This document shows, in pieces, positions 8,659-16,614 of a stretch of DNA of 33,333 bases. Made by a program: the position numbers and the translations under genes. Under the pieces are notes generated by a model. It had not been told where the DNA came from, ran no database searches, and saw only the letters and a list, made by a program, of their open reading frames with translations. Numbering within the stretch: the first letter of the stretch is position 1; the number at the start of each line of letters is the position of its first letter. The stretch is from the NCBI GenBank assembly GCA_964466125.1, contig CAYXRE010000005.1, forward strand, positions 1 through 33,333. Direction: 5' to 3'. Origin of the DNA: an uncultured Oscillospiraceae bacterium (GTDB taxonomy: Bacteria > Bacillota > Clostridia > Oscillospirales > Ruminococcaceae).

Positions 8659-10041
8659 ATGAAGTTTTTAGGCAAGGCGGCAACGGTCGCCATCGCGATT
8701 GTCGCGCTCGCGATGTTCGTATTCGGCTTTTTCGGATACAACACGCGCTACGGCGACATAACCACCGTTGTGGTAAGAGGCGCCGACGATATGACCGGCG
8801 GCATGGATTATTCCGACAGCATAAGCGCTGACCTCAAGGCGTCGGGCGAGGACGTCGAGCTTACGAGCGAACAGCTCGAGCAGGCAAAGAGGGCGATAAC
8901 CGAGCGCCTTGCTTTCTTCAATGTTCCTGACTTTTCCGTTCGTATAAATGAAGCGGACAAGTCGATGAACGTGAGTTTCCCGTTCATCAGCGAGTATCAG
9001 TCGCTGCTAAGCTATATCGGCAAAACCGGCACCTTTGAAGCGAGAGATGCTCAAAGCGACGCGGTTTTGTTTGATGCGAGCGGGATTAAGAGCGTAAAAC
9101 CCGACTATAACTCGACCGACGGCGTTAACGTCACCGTCACAGGGCTTACCCTGAGTTTTACTCCCGAGGCGCAGGCAATCTACGCAGAGAACACCGAAAG
9201 ACTCGCAGCTGAGAAGGCGGCGAGTAACACAGACCAGATAATCGAGTTTTATTATAACGACACCCTTGTCGCGCAAAAGAACGTCACACAAAAGGTGGAT
9301 GCGTCGCAGGACGTTGTTTCGACCGCCGGCGTTCAGACGACGACCGCCGAGGAAATGTCGCTTGTGCTCAACAGCTCGGCGCTTCCGTGCGAGCTTTCGA
9401 CTGCATCAATAGCAAGAGTTACGCCGCAGCTCGGAGTCGGGATACTTGATACGCTGTGGATAACCGCCGTCATTCTCATGGCTGCCGCGGCTGTCTATCT
9501 CGTGTTTGTTTACAAGCTCGCCGGTGTTTCCGCACTGCTCATGCTCATCGGAACCGCGGGCGGTGTTATGGCGATTATCTCCGGCTTTGCGGGCGGCTCC
9601 TCCGTCGCTTTCACCGCCGGTACGCTCGCAGCGTTCGTGCTTGTCATGCTTGTTTCCTTCGATGTAGTGCTGCGAGACCTTTCGTCGGTTAAGACCAGGT
9701 TTTCCGAAAGCAGCGCGCTTACCCCCGTCAAATCGGCGTTGAGCGATTATCTCGGAATTGAGACCGGCTCGTATATTACTCTCGCCGCATTCTGCGCTTT
9801 CTTCATTCTGTTCAATCGCGGCTACGGCGGCGTTGCTGACACCGTCGCTTCAATATACGCTTCCCTCAATGTGAGCGTGTCCACCGCGACGCTGCTTGGC
9901 AACTTCGGCACTGCGTCATTGTGGGGACTGCTTATCAGCTATGCGTTCTGCGTTGTCGGCAATCGTCTGCTGCTTAATTTTCTGTCCGGCAGCTTCGGAG
10001 CAAAAAGCGCGTCCTTTTACGGAGGCAAGGTAAATGAATAA
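8659..10041 (+). CDS. Diverged SecD-like membrane protein (RND-superfamily SecDF-type topology)
   Basis: 460 aa: an N-terminal TM, a ~260-aa extracytoplasmic domain, then 5 TMs. It is collinear with SecD landmarks. DDMTGGMDY corresponds to GLDLxGG, GKTGTFEARD to GKTAxLEFR, and EEMSLVLNSSALPCEL to the A..L..GALP segment. VTPQLG plus VYKLAGV corresponds to VGPTLG...YYRxxG. The TM motif MAVDANVLIFERI is only vestigial (MLVSFDVVLRDL). Confidence 0.55.
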   Translation: MKFLGKAATVAIAIVALAMFVFGFFGYNTRYGDITTVVVRGADDMTGGMDYSDSISADLKASGEDVELTSEQLEQAKRAITERLAFFNVPDFSVRINEADKSMNVSFPFISEYQSLLSYIGKTGTFEARDAQSDAVLFDASGIKSVKPDYNSTDGVNVTVTGLTLSFTPEAQAIYAENTERLAAEKAASNTDQIIEFYYNDTLVAQKNVTQKVDASQDVVSTAGVQTTTAEEMSLVLNSSALPCELSTASIARVTPQLGVGILDTLWITAVILMAAAAVYLVFVYKLAGVSALLMLIGTAGGVMAIISGFAGGSSVAFTAGTLAAFVLVMLVSFDVVLRDLSSVKTRFSESSALTPVKSALSDYLGIETGSYITLAAFCAFFILFNRGYGGVADTVASIYASLNVSVSTATLLGNFGTASLWGLLISYAFCVVGNRLLLNFLSGSFGAKSASFYGGKVNE

Positions 10042-10918
10042 GATAGGACTTAACAGGCTCGTATATATTGTCACCGCGCTCATTATCGTCGCCGGATTGG
10101 TGCTGATGTTCACTGCCGGCGTCGGCGCAAACGGGGAGTTTGCAGCAAAAACGCGTTACAGCGCAAAACTGCCCGATGATTTTAATGCAGAGGGTCTTGA
10201 ACTTGATACGTTGTCCGCGGATGTTTCAAACGCTCTGGGACTGCCCGTATTCGCCAGCATCTCGACTAACTACGTCGATTACGCACATTATTTTCAGATA
10301 ACCGGTCCGCAGTCCTTTGTACTCGATACGCAAACACTTACTAATATGCTCACGGACAAATATCCCACAATACAGCTCGAAGAGTTTACGAGTACTGACG
10401 TCAATGCTGAGTATTCGCTTAATACGTTTGGCGCTTTCGCGCTCGCGATACTCGCGGCAATCGTTGTGGCGTATGTTGTATCCATGCTGTCCGTCGGCGC
10501 TTCCCGTGCGGTCATCGTGCTGGTCTGCGCAATTGTTGCTGCACTGTTCGGTTTCTCGCTTGCCGTGCTCTCGCGCACCGGTAACTTCGGCGTGCTTGTT
10601 ATCGGTACACTTGTTGCGCTCGCGTCCGCAATCTATTTCACCGTCGCGAAATTGTCTGCCATTGAGCGCTATGTCCTGAAAGCGAAGAAAGCGGACGGCG
10701 CCGAGGCTATACGCTCCATCGAGGACGCGGAAAAGCCGAAGAATCTTGCGCTTGTTATCCTTTGCTCTGTGCTCGCTGTTGCGTTTTCGGTCGTCAGCTT
10801 CTTTATGGGAAGCAGCGACGCTTTCCTTTACGGTATTCTTATAGCCCTGACTTTCCTTTACGGACTGGTCGTATCCCGCACGCTCGCGTGCGATATGTGT
10901 AAAAAGTTCATTAAATAA
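10034..10918 (+). CDS. Diverged SecF-like membrane protein, translationally coupled to the SecD-like gene
   Basis: 294 aa: an N-terminal TM, a ~110-aa external domain, then 5 TMs. The start overlaps the upstream stop (ATGAATAA) and has a GGAGG SD. Topology and size match SecF. The canonical GYSxNDTxVxFDRIRE motif is replaced by ASAIYFTVAKLSAIERYV. Confidence 0.45.
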   Translation: MNKIGLNRLVYIVTALIIVAGLVLMFTAGVGANGEFAAKTRYSAKLPDDFNAEGLELDTLSADVSNALGLPVFASISTNYVDYAHYFQITGPQSFVLDTQTLTNMLTDKYPTIQLEEFTSTDVNAEYSLNTFGAFALAILAAIVVAYVVSMLSVGASRAVIVLVCAIVAALFGFSLAVLSRTGNFGVLVIGTLVALASAIYFTVAKLSAIERYVLKAKKADGAEAIRSIEDAEKPKNLALVILCSVLAVAFSVVSFFMGSSDAFLYGILIALTFLYGLVVSRTLACDMCKKFIK

Positions 10919-10935
10919 AAAGGCGGTAAGAGCTT

Positions 10936-11388
10936 ATGAAATGTCCTTTCTGCGGCTACTTTGACACTAAGGTCAACGATTCCAGACCTACCGAAGACGA
11001 TACGAAAATACGTCGTCGGCGCGAATGTCTGAAATGCGGCAAGCGGTTCACTACCTATGAAGTGGTCGAGACTGCGCCTATCATGGTCGTCAAAAAGGAC
11101 GGCTCACGAGAGCTTTTTGAACGTTCAAAGCTGCTCAACGGTCTTATGCGCGCTTGTGAAAAGCGCCCCGTAACCGCAGAGCAACTGGACACTGCCGTGG
11201 ACAACATTGAGCTTGCAATTTCCAATTCCATGGACAGGGAAGTCACCTCGAATTCAATCGGCGTGCTCGCTATGGAGCAGCTCAAGGCAATTGACGACGT
11301 CGCGTACGTCCGCTTTGCGTCGGTCTACCGTGAATTCAAGGACCTGACCACCTTCATGGACGAACTTAAAAGTATGCTGGACAAGTAA
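10936..11388 (+). CDS. nrdR: Transcriptional repressor NrdR (Zn-ribbon plus ATP-cone)
   Basis: 150 aa. [42 protein letters not shown] is the canonical NrdR N-terminus. The ATP-cone region includes VYREF. Confidence 0.95.
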   Translation: MKCPFCGYFDTKVNDSRPTEDDTKIRRRRECLKCGKRFTTYEVVETAPIMVVKKDGSRELFERSKLLNGLMRACEKRPVTAEQLDTAVDNIELAISNSMDREVTSNSIGVLAMEQLKAIDDVAYVRFASVYREFKDLTTFMDELKSMLDK

Positions 11389-11757
11389 TCAGATCAGCTT
11401 GTTCATGGTCTGCCATGTGTTTTCAAGCTGCTGTACAGAACGTGCTGCGTCAACTAGCAGGTCATTTTTGTTGTCCGAGTTGATGTATGCTTCCATGGTC
11501 GTACTTATGACCTCGGCTTCAAACAGCAGCCGCTTTGGTACAGTCAAAATTAAAAATGCTTCATTGCGCTTGAACGTATTCTCGTACGCTTCAAGCGCTT
11601 TTTTTGCGCTCTCATAATCGCCGTGCGCAACATAGTCCATTGACGATTCGAGCTTTATGACAAGCTGCTCGAAAACGTGCTTTGTATTAAGGTAGGTCAA
11701 AAGATTAAGCGCTATTACAACGACGAGAAAAATGCCTGCAAGCCTTATGCGTCTCAT
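11389..11757 (-). CDS. Small membrane-anchored protein, DUF4363-like
   Basis: 122 aa with an N-terminal TM (LAGIFLVVVIALNLL) followed by a helical domain. A 4-nt start/stop overlap joins it to the upstream DUF421 gene. I recall the DUF421-DUF4363 pairing from Clostridia annotations, but I cannot verify it without a search. Confidence 0.5.
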   Translation of the reverse strand: MRRIRLAGIFLVVVIALNLLTYLNTKHVFEQLVIKLESSMDYVAHGDYESAKKALEAYENTFKRNEAFLILTVPKRLLFEAEVISTTMEAYINSDNKNDLLVDAARSVQQLENTWQTMNKLI

Positions 11758-12392
11758 TGTTTCTCCTTATATATGATTTCCAGCTCGTCTGCGCGCACCC
11801 AGGCGACGCAGATATCGGAAAGTACGATGCGTCGTTCGCAAAGCGACTTTTCGAGCTTCTCTGTGTCTATGCCCAAAAGTGAGAGATTTTCTTTCTTGAG
11901 CTGACCGTCCAGTATTGCCGGAACGGGAACATCCTTTACTGTCGGCGCGTCCTCTCTCGTGCAAACGTTGACAGCGCCGTTTGTCTCGACCACCGCCCAG
12001 CTGACTTGCGAAATATCAAAAATATCCTTTGCCCGCAGAGCCTCCAGAACGTCGTCAATACTGTAACGCAGCTCTTTCATAACCGTTTGGTCGAGCTTTC
12101 CGTCCCAGATAATCGTTTTCGAGTTGCCGGACACAATCGCTGAGAACTTGGCGGATTTGATTTCGAAAAAGGACATGAACACCTCGAACGCTGCAATCAG
12201 CAGTATCGGGACAAATGCGGACAGCACTGGTATATCGGTGTCCTCTATGGGCAGCGACGCGAGGTTGGAGATAAGCACCGTCGTCACCAGTTCGTTTGGC
12301 GAAAGCTCACCGAGCTGCCGCTTTCCCATGGCGCGAAAGACGACCATTATTAGAATGTAAACAACTACCGTTCTGAAAGTTACAACAAGCAT
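11754..12392 (-). CDS. DUF421 (YetF/YdfS/YrbG-like) membrane protein
   Basis: 212 aa. Family-typical N-terminus: VVYILIMVVFRAMGKRQLGELSPNELVTTVLISNLAS, followed by a soluble C-terminal domain. A GGAGGTG SD is upstream. Confidence 0.8.
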   Translation of the reverse strand: MLVVTFRTVVVYILIMVVFRAMGKRQLGELSPNELVTTVLISNLASLPIEDTDIPVLSAFVPILLIAAFEVFMSFFEIKSAKFSAIVSGNSKTIIWDGKLDQTVMKELRYSIDDVLEALRAKDIFDISQVSWAVVETNGAVNVCTREDAPTVKDVPVPAILDGQLKKENLSLLGIDTEKLEKSLCERRIVLSDICVAWVRADELEIIYKEKQ

Positions 12393-12418
12393 AGCGCACC
12401 TCCGGCGTGAAAATATTG

Positions 12419-12453
12419 TTCGAGCAAACTTATAATTTATTCATTTGCTCGAA
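12419..12453. promoter_or_regulatory. Perfect 10-bp inverted repeat in the divergent DUF421 / ger control region; candidate operator or 5'-leader hairpin
   Basis: TTCGAGCAAA (12419..12428) and TTTGCTCGAA (12444..12453) are exact reverse complements. The 15-nt AT-rich spacer between them contains TATAAT (12431..12436). The repeat itself is certain; its function is unknown. Confidence 0.35.
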
Positions 12454-12475
12454 TACTAAGCGCAAAGCTGATGAA

Positions 12476-13954
12476 ATGAAGAGTAATTTCGATATGAATA
12501 TCTCGCGCGATTTATTTAAGAACATCGAAAGACTGAAGTTTCTGTCCAATGACTCCTTCGATATCAATTACAAGCGTCTGGATTGCGGCAGATTCGCGGG
12601 AATGCTTGTTTGGTGCGAAGGTATGGCTGCAACGCAAAAAAGCTGGGAAACGCTGTTCAAGCCGCTTACACAGCAAAGCAGCATGGGGTTTCTTCGCGCG
12701 GCGTCGCTTATGCACCATCTTTGTTCGCCGAGCAGCCCGCTGGTGGACAAGCAAACCTTGTATACGCTCGATGAGGTTTTCAGCACCGCCATGTCCGGCT
12801 TTGTCGTCTATATGCTCAACGGCGCAAACGTCGCACTCGCTGTTCCCGCACAAGGTTACAGCTTTCGCGCCGTAAGCGAGAGCTACACCGAGGAAAACAT
12901 ACGCTCGTCTCGAGAAGGCTTTGCCGAACCGCTTCGGATCAATATAACGCTCGTGCGCCGCAGAATCAAAAACCCGCTGCTGGTGTTTGAGCACATGACC
13001 GTCGGTACTTTGAGCAATACTGAGGTGGCGCTGGTATATTTAAGCGACAGGGTAAATAAAAGGGTTTTGTGCAACATAAAGAAACGCCTTGCGGCGGTCA
13101 GTACCGAGCTTGTTCTCGAAAGCGGATTTATTCAGGCTTTCTTAAAAAAACGCAGGTTTTCTTTGTTCTCGGGCAGCGGACACACGGAGCGTCCGGATTC
13201 GCTTTGCGGAAAGCTGCTTGAGGGCAGGGTGGGGATACTGGTTGACGGAACGCCCTTCGCGCTCATCGTGCCGTATCTTTTCACCGAAAATTTTCAGAGC
13301 TTTGACGATTACTCGTGCAAGCCGTACTTCGCGAGCTTTGTGCGAATACTCAAATACTCCGCTTTCTTCACTTCAATATTGCTTCCGGGACTGTTTGTCG
13401 CGACGGTCAACTTCGCGCCACAGCTGCTGCCGAACACAATGATTGCGACCATTGCCTCTTCGCGCAGTACGACGCCGATGCCGCTCATGCTCGAAGCGCT
13501 TTTTATCAATCTGCTTTACGAGATTGTGCGCGAGGCGGGTCTGAGACTTCCGCGCCCCATCGGACACGCCGTCAGCTTAATCGGCGCGCTTGTCGTGGGC
13601 GACGCTGCCGTAAACGCAGGCATTGCGACGTCGGCGATGATAATGACAATCGCGCTGACCACAATCTGTTCTTTCACCATTCCCATGCTGTACGAGCCGG
13701 TGATTATTCTGAGAATGCTGTTCATTATTGTCGGCGGTGCGTTCGGACTGCTGGGGGTTACGGCGCTGCTGTTCGTCGTTCTAAGCGACATTACCTCGCA
13801 GATGACCTACGGTATACCATACACGACACCGCTTGCGCCCGCTTCAAAGGGGATATGGTCGGACGGACTGCTGCGAAAAAGCTGGAGGATGCACGGCGGC
13901 AAGAGCGAAACGCTTTATGAAATGAAGGGCGCGGAGTACGACGATGAGGATTGA
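12476..13954 (+). CDS. Spore germination protein, GerA/GerKA (A-subunit) family
   Basis: RPDSLCGKLLEGRVGILVDGTPFALIVPYLF is the hallmark GerA-family segment, and the C-terminal part has 4-5 TMs. The ORF track begins at GTG 12407, but that start sits in the divergent promoter and has no SD. I use ATG 12476; ATG 12494 is also possible. Confidence 0.85.
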   Translation: MKSNFDMNISRDLFKNIERLKFLSNDSFDINYKRLDCGRFAGMLVWCEGMAATQKSWETLFKPLTQQSSMGFLRAASLMHHLCSPSSPLVDKQTLYTLDEVFSTAMSGFVVYMLNGANVALAVPAQGYSFRAVSESYTEENIRSSREGFAEPLRINITLVRRRIKNPLLVFEHMTVGTLSNTEVALVYLSDRVNKRVLCNIKKRLAAVSTELVLESGFIQAFLKKRRFSLFSGSGHTERPDSLCGKLLEGRVGILVDGTPFALIVPYLFTENFQSFDDYSCKPYFASFVRILKYSAFFTSILLPGLFVATVNFAPQLLPNTMIATIASSRSTTPMPLMLEALFINLLYEIVREAGLRLPRPIGHAVSLIGALVVGDAAVNAGIATSAMIMTIALTTICSFTIPMLYEPVIILRMLFIIVGGAFGLLGVTALLFVVLSDITSQMTYGIPYTTPLAPASKGIWSDGLLRKSWRMHGGKSETLYEMKGAEYDDED

Positions 13955-14951
13955 CACCGACAAACGCATAGGAAAGGGTCAGCTCGCCGCGCTGATGTAC
14001 CTGAGCTTGATTTGCAGGCTGTTTTTTGAATACGGGCTGTATCTGCGCTGCTGCGATGCAAAAACGACGCTTGCGGTATGCTTGGCGTCGGCGATAATGC
14101 TCGGCGTATTCATATCGATGCTCACGAGGGATTTGACAAAAGGAAAATGCGGCAGAATGTCGCAGTTTGCAGTGGGAGCGGCGGTGTTGACAGAGCTGCT
14201 TATTGTCTGCAAATTCGCTCTCTCTTTTTTTAATAGCACCTATTCACAAAGCGCGGCAGTGACAGCTTTGATTATCGTACTCGCCGTCGCAGTATATGCC
14301 GGATTTCGCGGTCTTGAGGGAACAGCAAGGCTTGCAGTCATCGTTCTGCTGCTGTTTTCGGTTGTTTTCATCGCCGTGATTTGCGGTAATGCGGGGAATT
14401 TTGACGCAGAGAATTTCTCCATACGCGCGCGCTCTTATCCTTTGCCCCTTGCGATTCTATTTCTGAGAACAGCCTTTCCGCCCGAGGCGGCGCTTTGGCT
14501 GATTCTCGTAAAACGAGGCAGGGTAAACGGCTGGGTGAACAAGCGCTCGCTTGCGCTTTGCGTTATGCCTCAGATACTTGCGGTCATAATATATAAAGCA
14601 ATTGTTGAGTGGGTATTCGGAGAATTCTCATTAATAAGGCTTTTTCCGTTCAACGACCTTGCAAGCACCGCCGTGAACAGCGGGGCTTGGGACGCAAGAG
14701 AGCCGGTCGCGCTTTTGGGTGCGCTGCTGCTGATGTCCAAGCTGTCGCTGCTTGTTTTTACATTTACCGATACATTTCAAACGAAAAAAGGAAAGTACTT
14801 GTCGGCGGCTATATTGTCGGTACTGTGCGTGGCGGCGTCAATATTGCTGCGTTCGGCGCAGATGTATGTGTGCATACTTTTCCTTGTATCGTTTTTGCTC
14901 ACGATTGTGTATATACTGATTGCCAACAAGGAGTCAACAGGTGAAAGCTAA
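13944..14951 (+). CDS. Spore germination protein, GerAB-type (APC-like permease B-subunit)
   Basis: 335 aa with ~10 hydrophobic segments. The N-terminus IGKGQLAALMYLSLI resembles the GerB-family opening (I..RQL..L). Its start overlaps the gerA-type stop, and it occupies the middle position of the A-B-C operon. Confidence 0.7.
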   Translation: MRIDTDKRIGKGQLAALMYLSLICRLFFEYGLYLRCCDAKTTLAVCLASAIMLGVFISMLTRDLTKGKCGRMSQFAVGAAVLTELLIVCKFALSFFNSTYSQSAAVTALIIVLAVAVYAGFRGLEGTARLAVIVLLLFSVVFIAVICGNAGNFDAENFSIRARSYPLPLAILFLRTAFPPEAALWLILVKRGRVNGWVNKRSLALCVMPQILAVIIYKAIVEWVFGEFSLIRLFPFNDLASTAVNSGAWDAREPVALLGALLLMSKLSLLVFTFTDTFQTKKGKYLSAAILSVLCVAASILLRSAQMYVCILFLVSFLLTIVYILIANKESTGES

Positions 14952-15621
14952 AATTTTAATTATTATCGCGGCGCTGTGTTTTTCGCTTTGCTCGTGCGGT
15001 TTTGAAAGCAAGGAGATTGAAACACGGCTTGTCTGCGATGCACTCGCGATTGATATTGCAGACGACGGGGTGCTTGTGAGCGCGCTGTGTTTGAGTGCGC
15101 AGGGCGAACAACAGGATAAAATGCAAAGCAGGGTCATCATAGAAGCTCGGGGCGAAAATCTCAAAGACGCATTCGAAAGCCTTGAAACAGCATCGGGAAA
15201 CAATATCCTTGTGGAAAAGGCAGGCGCCGTGGTGTTTTCAAAAAAAGCGACGGGCATTTTTTACAAACTGATGCGTGAGCTTTTTGATTACGAAAGGTCT
15301 AGAATAAATCTTCGATTGTACGTGTGTGAAACAAGTCCGAGCGAGCTGCTTTTGAAAAAGCTGTTTTCCGGCGCAGATTTTTCGCAAAGCGCGCAAAAGG
15401 TCTATGAGACGGCGCAGCTGTCGGACAACCGATACTTTTCCTTTTGCCGTCAGCTGGACAGCTGCGGTTACTTCGGCACGCTGCCGATACTGTATGCGGA
15501 ATCGGTTGAATCGCCCGACTTGGAGGAAACGCAGTACAAATTGAAATGCACACGGAGTATGACGCTGCTTTCCAACCGCCACATCGGAACAATATACGAA
15601 ATCGAGAATCAGATTTGTTGA
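14941..15621 (+). CDS. Ger(x)C-family germination lipoprotein, unusually short (~226 aa)
   Basis: GTG 14941 is preceded by an AAGGAG SD (the ORF track starts at 14920). The lipobox-like signal is KILIIIAALCFSLCSCG. It is followed by ESKEIETRLVCDALAIDIADDG, which resembles the GerC N-domain opening (C....REIE.L..V.A.GID). It is the third gene of the ger operon. Confidence 0.6.
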   Translation: MKAKILIIIAALCFSLCSCGFESKEIETRLVCDALAIDIADDGVLVSALCLSAQGEQQDKMQSRVIIEARGENLKDAFESLETASGNNILVEKAGAVVFSKKATGIFYKLMRELFDYERSRINLRLYVCETSPSELLLKKLFSGADFSQSAQKVYETAQLSDNRYFSFCRQLDSCGYFGTLPILYAESVESPDLEETQYKLKCTRSMTLLSNRHIGTIYEIENQIC

Positions 15622-15647
15622 AGTGTGAATATGAATAATGTTATAAT
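15618..15647 (+). promoter_or_regulatory. Putative hprK promoter (extended -10)
   Basis: TTGAAG (15618..15623), an 18-nt spacer, then TGT-TATAAT (-10 at 15642..15647). An AAGGTGAG SD precedes the ATG at 15676. Confidence 0.45.
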
Positions 15648-15675
15648 GTAAAAAACATATTTAAGGTGAGACAGT

Positions 15676-16614
15676 ATGCAAACATATTCTGTAACGCTTG
15701 ATAATCTGATAAAAGAGCTGCACATAAGCCCAATTTATCTGCCGGATACGGCGGAGAACATACACGTCTACACCACCGACGTCAACCGTCCGGCGCTGGT
15801 GCTTTCGGGCTTTACCGAGTTTTTTGACAGCCGGCGAGTGCAGGTCTGCGGAAAGGTCGAAATGGCGTACCTTTCTCACATGGACGGCGAGGCGCGCTAT
15901 AAGGCGATTGACCTGTTTTTGTCCTTGAAGCCCATTGCGGTCGTTGTCACACGCGCGATACCCGTGCCGGACGAAATGATCGAGTGCGCCAAGAAATACG
16001 CAGTACCGCTGCTTTCTTCAAGCGAGTCCACCTCCAACTTCATGTCCACCGCAATATCATACCTGAACGTTGCTCTCGCGCCGCGAATCACACGCCACGG
16101 TGTTTTTGTCGAGGTCTACGGCGAGGGAATCCTCATACTCGGCGAAAGCGGCGTCGGAAAAAGCGAGACCGCAATCGAGCTGCTCAAGCGCGGACACCGC
16201 CTTATTGCGGACGACGCGGTCGAGCTGCGCCGCACCTCCAGCCGAACGATAGTCGGCTCGTCACCTGCAAACATACGCCACTTCATCGAGCTGCGCGGCG
16301 TCGGCTTTGTAAACGTCCGCCGTATTTTCGGCATGGGCGCGGTCAAGATGAACGAAAAGGTTGACATGGTCATCAAGCTCGAACAGTGGGTCAGCGGGAA
16401 ATCCTACAGCACCGTTGATGTGGACGGTGAAAAGACCTCTATTCTAGACGTTGAGATACCGCTCATCACCATACCTGTAAAGCCGGGCAGAAACCTTGCA
16501 ATCATCATCGAGGTCGCGGCGATGAACAACCGCCAGAAGAATATGGGCTATAATGCAGCCGCGGAGCTGCTCGAACAGCTCGGAATGACCGATGAGGAAA
16601 AGCCGAATGAATAA
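15676..16614 (+). CDS. hprK: HPr kinase/phosphorylase
   Basis: 312 aa. The P-loop and signature read GVFVEVYGEGILILGESGVGKSETAIELLKRGHRLIADDAVE, followed by ELRGVG. Confidence 0.95.
   Translation: MQTYSVTLDNLIKELHISPIYLPDTAENIHVYTTDVNRPALVLSGFTEFFDSRRVQVCGKVEMAYLSHMDGEARYKAIDLFLSLKPIAVVVTRAIPVPDEMIECAKKYAVPLLSSSESTSNFMSTAISYLNVALAPRITRHGVFVEVYGEGILILGESGVGKSETAIELLKRGHRLIADDAVELRRTSSRTIVGSSPANIRHFIELRGVGFVNVRRIFGMGAVKMNEKVDMVIKLEQWVSGKSYSTVDVDGEKTSILDVEIPLITIPVKPGRNLAIIIEVAAMNNRQKNMGYNAAAELLEQLGMTDEEKPNE

Noticed and set aside
10031-10041. An identical AATGAATAA stop/start overlap at two gene junctions (10033..10041 and 16606..16614); both upstream proteins end in NE* and both downstream proteins begin with MN
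   Set aside because: A 9-nt identity at two translationally coupled junctions is most simply a coincidence of the ATGA/TAA overlap grammar. The flanking sequence is not similar.
12407-12475. GTG 12407 as the start of the gerA-type gene
   Set aside because: It has no SD, and it lies 4 nt from the SD of the divergent DUF421 gene. It would also place the 10-bp palindrome and the TATAAT box inside coding sequence. The GerA-family similarity begins only after ATG 12476.
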